Of a DNA stretch of 57,281 nt, positions 9,066 through 19,274 are shown piece after piece. A program made the position numbers and the translations under genes. How positions within the stretch are numbered: position 1 is the first letter of the stretch; each line of letters starts with the position of its first letter. Source of the stretch: an uncultured Pseudomonadales bacterium. GTDB taxonomy: Bacteria > Patescibacteriota > Microgenomatia > UBA1400 > UBA12108. The DNA is taken from NCBI GenBank assembly GCA_964610445.1, contig CAZSVV010000003.1, positions 14,137 through 71,417 on the forward strand. The letters run 5' to 3'. Below the pieces are notes generated by a model. That model ran no database searches and was not told where the DNA came from. It saw only the letters and a list, made by a program, of their open reading frames with translations.

Positions 9066-10687
9066 TTATTAATTTTATTAAAAAACACTTCTTAATCCTG
9101 ACTCTTGCTCTGGCACTACTACTGCGCATCTTCAATCTCTCAACCAATCCGCCCGAGCTCAATTGGGACGAGGTTAGTATGGGCTACACCGCCTACTCAC
9201 TACTAGAGACTGGTCGAGACGAATGGGGTGAGCCATGGCCCATCCTCTTTCGCTCATACGGCGAATGGAAGTCACCAGTTTATATCTACCTACTCATCCC
9301 ATCGATCAAAATCTTTGGGCTTAACGAATGGGGAGTCAGGTTGCCAGCCGCACTCTTTGGGGTCCTGACCGTCTACTTGACCTACCTTCTCGCTACTCGA
9401 CTCTATTCTCGCCGGGTAGGGCTACTATCAGCAATGTTGCTTGCTGTCTCACCTTGGCATCTCATGCTCTCTAGACCGGCCTTCGAAGCAGGGGTAGCAC
9501 TTGCCTTAATACTAGCCGGCTTGCTATTTTTCTTAAAAAGTATCGAGAAAACTACTTTTAAACTTTACCCTTTATACTCAGCATTGCTACTCGGTTTATC
9601 CGTGCACACTTACCATAGTGCCAAGATTGTAGTTCCACTTTTAATTCTATTTTTAGGTTATGTATATCGCAAATACCTCTCACCCAAAACAATTCTATTA
9701 CCAGTTCTAATCCTCACTTTCTTTGCCTACCCGATTGCTCGTGACGTTGTAACTGGCAAGACTCAGGCTCGCTACAACCAGGTAGGGATCACGACCGATG
9801 CCGAGCTGACCGAGAGGTTCTTTAGATATAGGAACACCGCTCCCTTTGGTGAATTAGGTAACAAAATTGTTTTTAATAAATACACCTTTATACTCTCCAA
9901 GGGTTTCTCTAACTGGACATCCTATCTCTCACCACATTTTCTGCTCGGCTCTAGTAGTATTAGAGCGCAGCACAGTATTCCGTTTCGGGGTGTTTTATAT
10001 TTTGTTGAGTTTGCACTATTTATCTATGGCTTACTCTTGCTCAAAAATTATAAACATCCTTTGCGCTATCTCCCTGTTTTTGTCATTCTGGTGGGCTTTA
10101 TACCACCAGCTCTCACCAAAGATATCTATCATGTCTTGCGAAGTATACTGACTCTTCCTTGGTGGCAGGTGTTCGCCGCCATCGGACTCGTCGAATTAAT
10201 AAAGAACAAGTTCAAATATTTAAAATTGGTATATTGGTTATTGGTCATTGAAATAATCGCGTTTATCGCGATTTATTTCTTATGGTATCCAAAAGCCTTT
10301 GCCCGTGACTGGCAGTACGGTCACAAAGCTATAGCCGCATGGGTACAGGCTAACGAGAGTAAATACAAGCAGGTCTATATGACCAAAGCTTATGGTGAAC
10401 CCCAACTCTTCCTAGCTTTTTACAACAAATGGGATCCAACGTGGTATCAGTCGGAGAACAAAAAACTAATCGAATATGAGGCTCGTGGCTACCCTTGGCT
10501 TGACCAGCTACCAGAATATAGCCTAGGCAAATACACTTTTCGAGATATTAACTGGCCCGTTGATAACGGCAAGAACGAAATGGTCTTTATTGGCAAAGGA
10601 GACGATTTTTGGCTCGATACTCCCCATCCGCTAAGTATCAACTTCCCTGATGGTACCGCTGCTTTCCATATCTCAGAGGGTAAATAG
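9047..10687 (+). CDS. GT-C fold membrane glycosyltransferase, PMT-like (GT39-type)
   Basis: The first-loop signature 'LNWDEVSMGYTAYSLLETGRDEWGEPWP' is followed by 'VRLPAALFGVLTVYLTYLLA' and 'SPWHLMLSR'. The C-terminal domain contains 'YGEPQLFLAFYNKWDP'. It is a paralog of 15678.., 17471.. and 19275... Confidence 0.75.
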   Translation: MESLKVIINFIKKHFLILTLALALLLRIFNLSTNPPELNWDEVSMGYTAYSLLETGRDEWGEPWPILFRSYGEWKSPVYIYLLIPSIKIFGLNEWGVRLPAALFGVLTVYLTYLLATRLYSRRVGLLSAMLLAVSPWHLMLSRPAFEAGVALALILAGLLFFLKSIEKTTFKLYPLYSALLLGLSVHTYHSAKIVVPLLILFLGYVYRKYLSPKTILLPVLILTFFAYPIARDVVTGKTQARYNQVGITTDAELTERFFRYRNTAPFGELGNKIVFNKYTFILSKGFSNWTSYLSPHFLLGSSSIRAQHSIPFRGVLYFVEFALFIYGLLLLKNYKHPLRYLPVFVILVGFIPPALTKDIYHVLRSILTLPWWQVFAAIGLVELIKNKFKYLKLVYWLLVIEIIAFIAIYFLWYPKAFARDWQYGHKAIAAWVQANESKYKQVYMTKAYGEPQLFLAFYNKWDPTWYQSENKKLIEYEARGYPWLDQLPEYSLGKYTFRDINWPVDNGKNEMVFIGKGDDFWLDTPHPLSINFPDGTAAFHISEGK

Positions 10688-10688
10688 G

Positions 10689-12179
10689 ATGAATTATCTC
10701 CGTCTCTTTCTGTTATCCCTCGTAGGATGCATTTTTGTTGTTACTCTACCTTTTTACCGAAGTCATATTTTTGCAGTACATTTTGTAGATGAGGATGACA
10801 ATATTGTGATAGGCAATTATGTGAAAGAAGGCAAAAAGCTCTACACCGATATATTTTCACAACATCAACCCAGTATGTTTGTCGTATCTGCTGCACTGCA
10901 GGATTCTATATTCGTCAACAACGTTCAGATGCTAGTTCAGAGACATCGCGAACTAATGATTGGTTGGAGTATCTTGTGGATAATCTTCTTAGTAGCTAGA
11001 TTTGGATTTCCTCTTTTTATGACCACTAGCGTTCTCGAACTGTCAAAGATAACCTTACTAGGCAACCTCTTTCTGGCAGAAAGCTTAGTAGTCTACCCAC
11101 TCATCTATTTGTTAGCCCATTTCTTTCTGGCTCCCGCAACCACTCAGACGATTGAAAAAATATTCTTAACAACTGTTTTCTGGTTATTGTGGTATAGCTT
11201 AACTCCTCTCTGGCCAGTATTAACCCTATTACTTGTACTCTACGCTCACAAACATCAAGGAGATGTTGGCCTGTTCAGAATGCTAATCATTACCGGATTA
11301 ATATTCACTATTTGGCTAATGAACATCACCAATTTGAGTGACTATTTCGTTAGCGCGATCTACATAAACTATAAGTACTACATTCCACTAACAACACCAT
11401 TCGGATTTACAGAATCGATATACAAATCCTTATTTGCGCCCCTCTTTGCTTTGTTTTCAACCAAATCAGGTGAATTGCTAATGCTAATACGGTTGCTATC
11501 TCTCGGATTTCTAATCAATCTTCTATATCTGATCAAAGACAAAAATTATCTAAGGGTGATTTTTATCATCTCTATACTCTGGCTGACTTCTCTAAGATAC
11601 ATAGACCCAGCGGGATTATTGTATGGTGTGTTTCATATGCTTCCATGGTTTGCTGTTCTTATATTATTCTGTTTTATTAATGCCTCTACCCCAAAGATTA
11701 TTAACATAATAATGCTTGGCATCATTTCACTAGCTTCGCTGCAGGTAGCAAGAACTAACCTCTTTGACATTCGTGTTCCAGAGGATGATTATTATGTTAA
11801 CTTTTCACCTAAAGCAGATATCCGCGAGGCAGTAAAAATTATTTCCGAGTCGTCGCCACAGACAATCTGGGTCGAACCTGTTATGTATTATCCACATTGG
11901 AGGACTACTGCACAGCCGTATACCAAAATGGTCAATTACTATGGCTGGATGGATCAAACAGAGCCAATGAAGAGTGAACTTGATCACAACCTAGGCGTAG
12001 AGCTCCCGACGATTGTCTATGCAGAGACCAAACTTGGAATAGGTGCTTACATGGATCAATATACTCCGATAACACGAGAGGGGAAACCTAGCAGACTGTA
12101 CCTACGGATGGACCAAGTTGATAGGTTGAGCAGTGAGACTCGCGCACACCTGCTTTATTATAGATTTGAAATTAACTAA
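10689..12179 (+). CDS. Polytopic membrane protein, possible GT-C glycosyltransferase
   Basis: The ATG at 10689 lies 1 nt after the upstream stop, whereas the listed start at 10650 would overlap by 38 nt. The acidic loop 'HFVDEDDNIVIGNYVKEGKKLYTDIFSQHQP' follows TM1. There are many hydrophobic helices and a soluble C-terminus. Confidence 0.45.
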   Translation: MNYLRLFLLSLVGCIFVVTLPFYRSHIFAVHFVDEDDNIVIGNYVKEGKKLYTDIFSQHQPSMFVVSAALQDSIFVNNVQMLVQRHRELMIGWSILWIIFLVARFGFPLFMTTSVLELSKITLLGNLFLAESLVVYPLIYLLAHFFLAPATTQTIEKIFLTTVFWLLWYSLTPLWPVLTLLLVLYAHKHQGDVGLFRMLIITGLIFTIWLMNITNLSDYFVSAIYINYKYYIPLTTPFGFTESIYKSLFAPLFALFSTKSGELLMLIRLLSLGFLINLLYLIKDKNYLRVIFIISILWLTSLRYIDPAGLLYGVFHMLPWFAVLILFCFINASTPKIINIIMLGIISLASLQVARTNLFDIRVPEDDYYVNFSPKADIREAVKIISESSPQTIWVEPVMYYPHWRTTAQPYTKMVNYYGWMDQTEPMKSELDHNLGVELPTIVYAETKLGIGAYMDQYTPITREGKPSRLYLRMDQVDRLSSETRAHLLYYRFEIN

Positions 12180-12193
12180 GATATACTAAACAT

Positions 12194-13021
12194 ATGGAAA
12201 ATACTCATATCAGTCTCAGTGTCGCGTTAGCCGTCTATAACGAAGAGACATCTCTCGCTGAGTGTCTAGATTCGATCAAAGAGATCGCTACTGAGATAGT
12301 GATAGTTGATGGCAATTCTAGCGACAAAACAGTGGAGATCGCCGAGTCATATGGGGCTAAGGTTATCCATGAGTCCAATCGACAGAACTTTCATATCAAC
12401 AAACAGATTGCGATTGATGCCTGTACTAGTGACTGGGTACTGCAGTTAGACGCAGACGAGCGTGTTAGCTCCATGCTAGCCCACGAAATAAAACAGGTGA
12501 TATCTAAGGATTTATCCGCCGGAACATTAGCACAGGCGGATGCCTACTACCTCAAACGCCGCAATTACTTTCTAGGGCGTTTCATGAACAAAGGAGGCAT
12601 GTATCCTGACCCTGTAATCCGTTTATTCAAAAAGGGCAAGGCCAAGCTACCCCAAGCCAGTGTGCACGAAATCATGACGGTTGATGGCACGCTTGCTTGG
12701 CTACAAAATGATCTGATCCATATCGCTGATCCCACCTTTACTCGCTACCTACTACGTAGCAACCGGTATACCACCCTCACAGCACTAGACTATGCTAAGA
12801 GTGATATAGGGACGACCACTCCTATTATCCTCAATTATATGATCTTCAAGCCACTATTTCGTTTCCTCTCGATTTATATCCGCCACAAAGGTTTTCAGGA
12901 TGGATTTCCTGGTTTTATTTTTGCACTATACTCAGGGCTCCATATCGCTAGCTCATACGTCAAATACTGGGAAAAAAAGACAACTAATCAATCTACCACC
13001 ATGAAACATGATTGGAATTAG
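12194..13021 (+). CDS. Glycosyltransferase family 2 (same subgroup as 1799.. and 5002..)
   Basis: Motifs 'LSVALAVYNEE', 'VIVDGNSSDKT', 'LQLDADE', 'SNRYTTLTA' and 'GFQDGFPG' are present. Confidence 0.75.
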   Translation: MENTHISLSVALAVYNEETSLAECLDSIKEIATEIVIVDGNSSDKTVEIAESYGAKVIHESNRQNFHINKQIAIDACTSDWVLQLDADERVSSMLAHEIKQVISKDLSAGTLAQADAYYLKRRNYFLGRFMNKGGMYPDPVIRLFKKGKAKLPQASVHEIMTVDGTLAWLQNDLIHIADPTFTRYLLRSNRYTTLTALDYAKSDIGTTTPIILNYMIFKPLFRFLSIYIRHKGFQDGFPGFIFALYSGLHIASSYVKYWEKKTTNQSTTMKHDWN

Positions 13022-13022
13022 T

Positions 13023-14672
13023 ATGAAGAACCTACTCCAAAAATACTTCCCAATCCTACTTATTCTAATAGCGGGTCTGTTTTTGACTTCGAGTTTGCTT
13101 AAGTCAGGTTGGTATCTATCGCACGATGGAATATTTCATATCTACCGTACCGAAGAGGCTCTCTCCATGCTCAAGCTAGGTCACTTCCCACTTCGCTGGG
13201 CAGGCAACTTTGACCAAGGATTTGGTATCCCACTATTTAGTTTTGTATACCCCCTACCTTATTACCTAAGCTCTATCCTCTCAGTCTTGATAGGGACTAT
13301 GTGGTCACTAAAATCAATCACAATCATGTCTTACCTACTTGGTGGTTTGGGGATGTATGCACTTTTATCTAGTCGCGGCCGAAGCTTTGGTTTGTTTGGC
13401 GCTCTTATCTTCCTTTTGACCCCATACCAATTTCTAAACATTTTTGTGCGTGGGACACTAGGCGAGACTCTCGCTATCGGTCTTATGCCCTGGGTTCTCT
13501 ATAGTTACCATAATTTAAAGCAATCAAAAAATGTACTAAGGTGGTACCATCCGTTCCCGCTAGCTCTCGTCCTACTATCCCACAATTTCCTAGGCATACT
13601 CTTTGCCGCATTTCTTTTTGGCTACATGCTAACAGATCGATCATCCCTAAAACGATCTCTTGGTAGTCTCTTGATGTCTTTTGGCTTAAGCGCATTCTTT
13701 ATTCTCCCAATGATTATCCAAAAAAACCTACTATACTCATTCGAATACAAAGATCTGACTTTTCGCTTTGACCAGCACTTTGTTACGCTAAAGCAACTTT
13801 TGTATAGCAAATGGGATTATTGGTATTCGGTGCCTGGAGATAACGATGGTATGTCGTTCCAGTTAGGGATAGCACAGCTGGGGGTTGCAGCCTTTTCAAT
13901 CCTGGTAATACTATGGCGCAGTCGCAGTTTGTCTAACTTATATCTTGTTCTCGCATACGTTGGTACTGTATTTCTGATGCATAGCAAGAGTTTCTTTATT
14001 TGGGAGAGCTTGCCACTACTTCAATCTGTCCAGTTCCCTTGGCGTTTTCTTTTTATGCCTCTGATCCTAACACCTCTTTTGAGTGTAGCGTTGTTTAGAC
14101 AGTTCAAATCCAGGAACTTGCGGTACGTCTTAATGCTTATTTTTATAATTGTTGCATTTATTAATATCCGCAACTATCGCAATCCCCAGCAATTCATGGA
14201 CAACACTACTTATACTGACTTATATCGGTTGTATTACAACAAGACTAGTACAACATTTCGTACAGAAATATTACCTAAATGGAGCGTACCAGACGAGCGT
14301 TACAAAACAGATGAAGTGCTGATCAACTCTGGCAACATGACAATAGATTCACTTAAGTATGACCCTTTATCAATCATAGTGACTATAAACAACAAACCTG
14401 ATGAGAACGAGGGTAGAGTTACGATCCTACGCAACTATTATCCCGGCTGGTCGGTCAATATGGATAAGTCAAAGAATATTCCTATAGAGCCGACTCCAGA
14501 TGGTATGATAATGCTCAAGCCAGAACTCGGGGTGCATGAATACGAGATAACAATGAAGAGTACTGTAGTTGAGATGTTGGGCAACACACTATCAGGACTC
14601 ACTCTAATAACATTAGGATATTTATGGTACACAAACAAAAAAGTATCGCATTCAAAGGCAAAGTCGAAATAA
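13023..14672 (+). CDS. YfhO/COG5617-like polytopic membrane protein (putative GT-C glycosyltransferase)
   Basis: The ATG at 13023 lies 1 nt after the upstream stop; the listed start at 13008 is an alternative. After TM1 comes 'SHDGIFHIYRTEEALSMLKLGHFPLRW'. There are at least 10 helices, and the beta-rich C-terminal domain ends in 'YYPGWSVNMD...' plus a terminal TM helix. Confidence 0.55.
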   Translation: MKNLLQKYFPILLILIAGLFLTSSLLKSGWYLSHDGIFHIYRTEEALSMLKLGHFPLRWAGNFDQGFGIPLFSFVYPLPYYLSSILSVLIGTMWSLKSITIMSYLLGGLGMYALLSSRGRSFGLFGALIFLLTPYQFLNIFVRGTLGETLAIGLMPWVLYSYHNLKQSKNVLRWYHPFPLALVLLSHNFLGILFAAFLFGYMLTDRSSLKRSLGSLLMSFGLSAFFILPMIIQKNLLYSFEYKDLTFRFDQHFVTLKQLLYSKWDYWYSVPGDNDGMSFQLGIAQLGVAAFSILVILWRSRSLSNLYLVLAYVGTVFLMHSKSFFIWESLPLLQSVQFPWRFLFMPLILTPLLSVALFRQFKSRNLRYVLMLIFIIVAFINIRNYRNPQQFMDNTTYTDLYRLYYNKTSTTFRTEILPKWSVPDERYKTDEVLINSGNMTIDSLKYDPLSIIVTINNKPDENEGRVTILRNYYPGWSVNMDKSKNIPIEPTPDGMIMLKPELGVHEYEITMKSTVVEMLGNTLSGLTLITLGYLWYTNKKVSHSKAKSK

Positions 14673-15697
14673 TCGGCAAAAGTCCCTACGCTGGATCCGG
14701 TCCCCGCGGCATCGACGTCTATACCAGACAGCTAAGCGTTCACCTCTCTCGCGACCTCCCACACGAATCACTTATCGTCAGTCGCGAGGTAACTAGTAAC
14801 ATACCAGTCAACTTAGTTCACTATACTTTCTTTGACCCATTCTTCTTAACACTTTGGGGTAAGGTACCTAAGAACTCACCATTTATAGTAACTGTTCATG
14901 ATCTCATCCCTCTACGCTTCCCAGAACACTTTCCCAGTGGGTTGCGAGGGAGGATCAAGTTCTTCTTACAAAAGAGGGCACTCAAACAAGCATCTGGGAT
15001 CATTACTGACTCGATTGCCTCAAAAAAAGATATAGCAAAATTTGTAGATTACCCGGAGTCTCAAATTCACGTAGTCCCTCTCGCGGCCGGGAGCATTAGC
15101 GCCACAGTAGCTCTAGGTCGTACCATTGCCAAAGAATATGACCTGCCTGAGCGCTACATTCTCTACGTTGGAGATATCAATTGGAATAAGAATATAGTCG
15201 GGTTAATAAACGCTTATAGTAAGATTACAGATGATAAAACGCAGTTAATCCTCGTCGGCAAAGCCTTTGCCTCAAAGTCTAGTACTCCAGAGACTACTGC
15301 GATCAACGAGGCTATTTCTGCAAGTCCCAAGAAATCGTTGATCAAAAAACTAGGTTTTGTGCCAACTCATCACTTAAGCGCGATATATCGCGGCGCTACT
15401 CTATATGTGCAGCCATCTTGGTATGAGGGGTTTGGTTTCCCTGTCATCGAAGCGCTGATTCAGGGTACTCCTGTGCTCAGTAGTAACCAGGGTAGTCTCC
15501 CCGAAGTAGGAGGGGAATATGTCCACTATTTTGATCCAAGTGTCGGTAGTGATCTATCCGACAAACTGAGTTTGCTCATCAAAAACGAGAACCTTCGGAT
15601 TAAATATCGCGATTCAGGCATAGCCTGGGCCAAGAAATTTACTTGGAAAAACGTCGCTCACGAGACAATGCTCGTCTATGAAAAATACTCACGCTAA
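14624..15697 (+). CDS. Glycosyltransferase family 4 (mannosyltransferase-like subgroup)
   Basis: 'SWYEGFGFPVIEALIQGTPVLSSNQGSLPEV' is present, along with 'YILYVGDINWNKN'. It is a paralog of 44987.., 46082.. and 55109... Confidence 0.85.
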   Translation: MVHKQKSIAFKGKVEIIGKSPYAGSGPRGIDVYTRQLSVHLSRDLPHESLIVSREVTSNIPVNLVHYTFFDPFFLTLWGKVPKNSPFIVTVHDLIPLRFPEHFPSGLRGRIKFFLQKRALKQASGIITDSIASKKDIAKFVDYPESQIHVVPLAAGSISATVALGRTIAKEYDLPERYILYVGDINWNKNIVGLINAYSKITDDKTQLILVGKAFASKSSTPETTAINEAISASPKKSLIKKLGFVPTHHLSAIYRGATLYVQPSWYEGFGFPVIEALIQGTPVLSSNQGSLPEVGGEYVHYFDPSVGSDLSDKLSLLIKNENLRIKYRDSGIAWAKKFTWKNVAHETMLVYEKYSR

Positions 15698-17462
15698 AAT
15701 TATAATAGCTATTTCATACTTTCTACTATTTATACTCGCCTTGTTACCAAGAATGTATGCTCTTGGGACTATTCCAACTGCGCTTTCTCACGATGAGGTT
15801 GATGTAATTATCCAAGCGCATAGTATTCGACTAACAGGTAGAGACTTATCTGGCTCTTGGTCACCGCTTACTCTAGTTCCAAATGATGGTTTGATGGCAG
15901 AGCTATCAGGGGCTATCAATCTGCCAGCACTTGCCGTCTTACCCAACACACTATTTGCTGCTCACTTCACGACTGCCTTGCTTGGGAGTCTATATCCTAT
16001 TCTCATAGTAACATTGCTAATTTCCTGGGGATTAAACAAAAAAGCTTCCTGGCTAAGCGGAGTTTTGCTCGCCCTCTCTCCATGGCATTTACTCTTTAGT
16101 CGAACTTCGTTAGAACAGCCGGCGAGCCTATTTTTCTATACTCTTTCTTGGATTTTTCTCACAAAAATATATGCAAATAAAAACAATTTAAAAGCACTCT
16201 TAATTTCGCTTATTTCCTTCGCAACTTTCTACACGTTAGGTTTCTATACATACCATGGATACAAATTTTCACTACCACTGCTAACTATCATTATCGCTTT
16301 TTATAATTACTTTAGGACATTACATCATCACAAATTAGTAATAATTACGATTGTACTCACGGTTATAGGGAGTTTATATCTTAGGACATTCTTGAATATT
16401 GGCAGTTACTTAGGGAGGCAAAGCGAGATTGTATTCCTAGACCAGTCGGTATTCTCTAAAAAAGTTGATCTTGATCGTCGTTTAAGTATCATGCCAAAAA
16501 GACTCAATGAATTTTTAGTTAATAAGCCGCTTGCCATGCTGCATCTAGCGATCGATAAATACATGTCTCTGCTCTCGCCTCAACAAATGTTTATGAATGG
16601 AGAGAACAATGGTGTATTCTCAACTGGTCGTACAGGGTATCTCTACGTCTTTTTACTCCCTTTTGTTTTAATCGGTGTGGTTTGCATGGTCATCTCTGGT
16701 AAAAAAACAGAGACTTTTATTAGTCTACTAGTATTTATTTCTCCAATAGCTACGATAATTCATAAAAACGGTTCATTTGCGTTTAGATCAGGGATTTTTG
16801 TCGTTCTATTAACTATTGCAGGCGCCTACGGAATAGCATATTTAAATAGCCGATATCCAAGGTATAGGATTAGTACACTTGCAATAGTATTAACATTTAT
16901 TAGTTTTATCCACTTTAGCTATATATATCTCGGTTATTATCCCGTTGAGAGTTCTCGAGCTTACTTTTTCGCTGACAGTACACTCGCTACTTATTTATCT
17001 CATAGAGGTGAAGAAAAAATCTTAGTAATCGACCCTCAACCGAGATACATTATGAGCTACCTAGTATTAACAAATAAGAGTGTCACACTGGATACAATCA
17101 GACCTTTGATTGGGAAATATAGCACAAATGAAGAGCAAAACATTTATGAGATCGATAATTTAACTATCAGAAGAGATTGTCCATCCGACAACATTAATGC
17201 TTACGATACTGTAATTGCAGATTTTACCCTCATAGATGGTCTGGGAGGTTGTATTCCACTCCACAAACTAAAATCATCAAAGATACTTATTCGTAATATT
17301 GTAGATCCGCTCGATGGAGGAGTTATTAAGCAGATTTACGGCGACAGAATCTGTGAGAATACAGCTGTTGCTAGATACGTTAATTTATCAAGAATAAACA
17401 CTTTTGCAATTAATAAGATGTCTAAGGTACAATTCTGTTCTAGCTGGATTATCGAAAATTAA
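15678..17462 (+). CDS. GT-C fold membrane glycosyltransferase, PMT-like; first of a tandem triplet
   Basis: The first loop reads 'LSHDEVDVIIQAHSIRLTGRDLSG', followed by 'LSPWHLLFSR'. 594 aa, polytopic, with a C-terminal soluble domain. Confidence 0.65.
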   Translation: MKNTHAKIIIAISYFLLFILALLPRMYALGTIPTALSHDEVDVIIQAHSIRLTGRDLSGSWSPLTLVPNDGLMAELSGAINLPALAVLPNTLFAAHFTTALLGSLYPILIVTLLISWGLNKKASWLSGVLLALSPWHLLFSRTSLEQPASLFFYTLSWIFLTKIYANKNNLKALLISLISFATFYTLGFYTYHGYKFSLPLLTIIIAFYNYFRTLHHHKLVIITIVLTVIGSLYLRTFLNIGSYLGRQSEIVFLDQSVFSKKVDLDRRLSIMPKRLNEFLVNKPLAMLHLAIDKYMSLLSPQQMFMNGENNGVFSTGRTGYLYVFLLPFVLIGVVCMVISGKKTETFISLLVFISPIATIIHKNGSFAFRSGIFVVLLTIAGAYGIAYLNSRYPRYRISTLAIVLTFISFIHFSYIYLGYYPVESSRAYFFADSTLATYLSHRGEEKILVIDPQPRYIMSYLVLTNKSVTLDTIRPLIGKYSTNEEQNIYEIDNLTIRRDCPSDNINAYDTVIADFTLIDGLGGCIPLHKLKSSKILIRNIVDPLDGGVIKQIYGDRICENTAVARYVNLSRINTFAINKMSKVQFCSSWIIEN

Positions 17463-17470
17463 TACTTAAT

Positions 17471-19273
17471 ATGAATATCATTAAAAAACTGATTACTCCA
17501 GTATTCTTTGTTTTTATCTCACTAATAATCATCTTCCCTCGTTTTTACCAGTTAGGTGACACTCCACACGGCCTTCATATCGATGAAGTTAGTTTTGCCG
17601 CCGACGCCAAATCACTAGCCGAAACTGGCAAAGACACTTGGGGTGTGACTATGCCTCGGGTTTTCAAAGCGTTTGGCGAGTATAAGGCTCCTGGACTTAC
17701 TTATAGTATGGCTTTCTGGGCCAAAATTACTGGAGTTATGAATAACTATGTCGCTCGACTCCCATCCGCAATTGCGGGCCTTACCATGATTGTAATGCTC
17801 GTACTAACACTCAAAACACTTGTACCCTCGATGAGTCCGGTTCTCTTGATGACTATAGCTCTGATTCTCGCATATAGTCCCTGGCATTTTGACATGTCTC
17901 GTATTTTTTATGAAGCATTTAGTGCTACTGCCTGGCTCTCTATCTCGATTTATTTCGCTACCAGAATATTATCATCAAACAAACACAATAAATATGACTG
18001 GCTCCTCATGCTCACGACTGCTTCTATTGCTGGTTACTATTACTCTTCTCTTCGTTACGTCATTATCATTTATGTATTAATAGTATCTTTCCTCTTAGAG
18101 ACTAAGTTCAAAGATATACTTAAGCGAAGTGTAGTAGCGATTATAGTAGTCACTTTGGTTGGTGTTGGATGGGTAAGCGACTTAATGTCTGATGTCGGCT
18201 TAAATCGACTCTACTACTACCAGCAAAAAGCCGATTTTGGATCCGCTCTAGAGATAGATGAGAAACGTCAGTTCTGTTACCTTGCCTTGAATCGTGATTC
18301 AGAATCAACTAGAGGATGTTATTTACTTTGGAATAAGCCCGTCTCCCGAATAACTGGAATGATAACTACCACTTTGACCTATCTTGGGACAGATTTTCTG
18401 TTTATAAAAGGTGTGAGTGAGTATGGATTTGATAGTCAGTATGGAGCTTTTTTACCACCACTTGTACTAGTTTACTTGATAGGCCTGTACTACGCTCTAA
18501 CTAGCTTAGTACGTTACTTGACCTCACAATTCAAGAAGAATAGTCGGCAATTAAATCGTGAAGATAAGGTATTTGTTCTATACCTAGGTCTAGCATTACT
18601 CTCACTAGTTCCCGCTGCAGTTGCAATGAATCTGAATATGAGAATGGCAATGGTTAGTCTGTATATAATCTCTATTTTGATTGGCTATGGACTTTATCAG
18701 TTTAACGAGTACCTAAAACGAACAGTAAAACCAATCATAAAAGTAATTGCTTATTGTTTACTCGGTGGGGCATTTCTATTTTACGCGATTCAATCAACTG
18801 TTCATTATTGGTTTGTATTTACCAAAAGCAATGACCTTCAGTGGACCTCTGACGCTGGGTCAATATTTGACTATGTTAAGAGTGTCTCAAAAAGTTATGA
18901 CCGCATAGTCGACACAGAGCTACATGGCCCGTTAGCCCCATACTTTTACGGAGATATTACAACTGATGAAGTTCATAAAGGTAGGTACAGTAATCCTGAC
19001 GCACTTGGCTTTACTTACCTAATAAAGGCTGGAAAATATGAACTTAACCACATCAATATCAAGGATCTTGCCTGCGAAGTGGTTAGTAAAAATGATAAGA
19101 GGAGAACGCTAGTAATAACTAATCCATATCCAGAACTCGTTTCAATGCGAAAATATGAATCAAGATCTTGGAACGGCGCCTTGCTGCTTCACGAGGTATA
19201 TGATCTATCTGATGTTATCTCATATATGGAGCGCTCCGAACCCAACTTTATGACTCGCTGTGGACCAAAATAA
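17471..19273 (+). CDS. GT-C fold membrane glycosyltransferase, PMT-like; second of the triplet
   Basis: 'LHIDEVSFAADAKSLAETGKDTWG', 'ARLPSAIAGL' and 'YSPWHFDMSR' are present. 600 aa and polytopic. Confidence 0.7.
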   Translation: MNIIKKLITPVFFVFISLIIIFPRFYQLGDTPHGLHIDEVSFAADAKSLAETGKDTWGVTMPRVFKAFGEYKAPGLTYSMAFWAKITGVMNNYVARLPSAIAGLTMIVMLVLTLKTLVPSMSPVLLMTIALILAYSPWHFDMSRIFYEAFSATAWLSISIYFATRILSSNKHNKYDWLLMLTTASIAGYYYSSLRYVIIIYVLIVSFLLETKFKDILKRSVVAIIVVTLVGVGWVSDLMSDVGLNRLYYYQQKADFGSALEIDEKRQFCYLALNRDSESTRGCYLLWNKPVSRITGMITTTLTYLGTDFLFIKGVSEYGFDSQYGAFLPPLVLVYLIGLYYALTSLVRYLTSQFKKNSRQLNREDKVFVLYLGLALLSLVPAAVAMNLNMRMAMVSLYIISILIGYGLYQFNEYLKRTVKPIIKVIAYCLLGGAFLFYAIQSTVHYWFVFTKSNDLQWTSDAGSIFDYVKSVSKSYDRIVDTELHGPLAPYFYGDITTDEVHKGRYSNPDALGFTYLIKAGKYELNHINIKDLACEVVSKNDKRRTLVITNPYPELVSMRKYESRSWNGALLLHEVYDLSDVISYMERSEPNFMTRCGPK

Positions 19274-19274
19274 T

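Noticed and set aside
9867-10151. Same-strand alternative-frame ORFs: 9867..10151, 3026..3229, 5711..5908, 17889..18080, 26982..27236, 34524..34760, 35970..36191, 36354..36602 and 42229..42474.
   Set aside because: Each lies inside a longer ORF whose product has clear family motifs or a membrane-protein character. The alternative-frame products look like frame-shifted noise.
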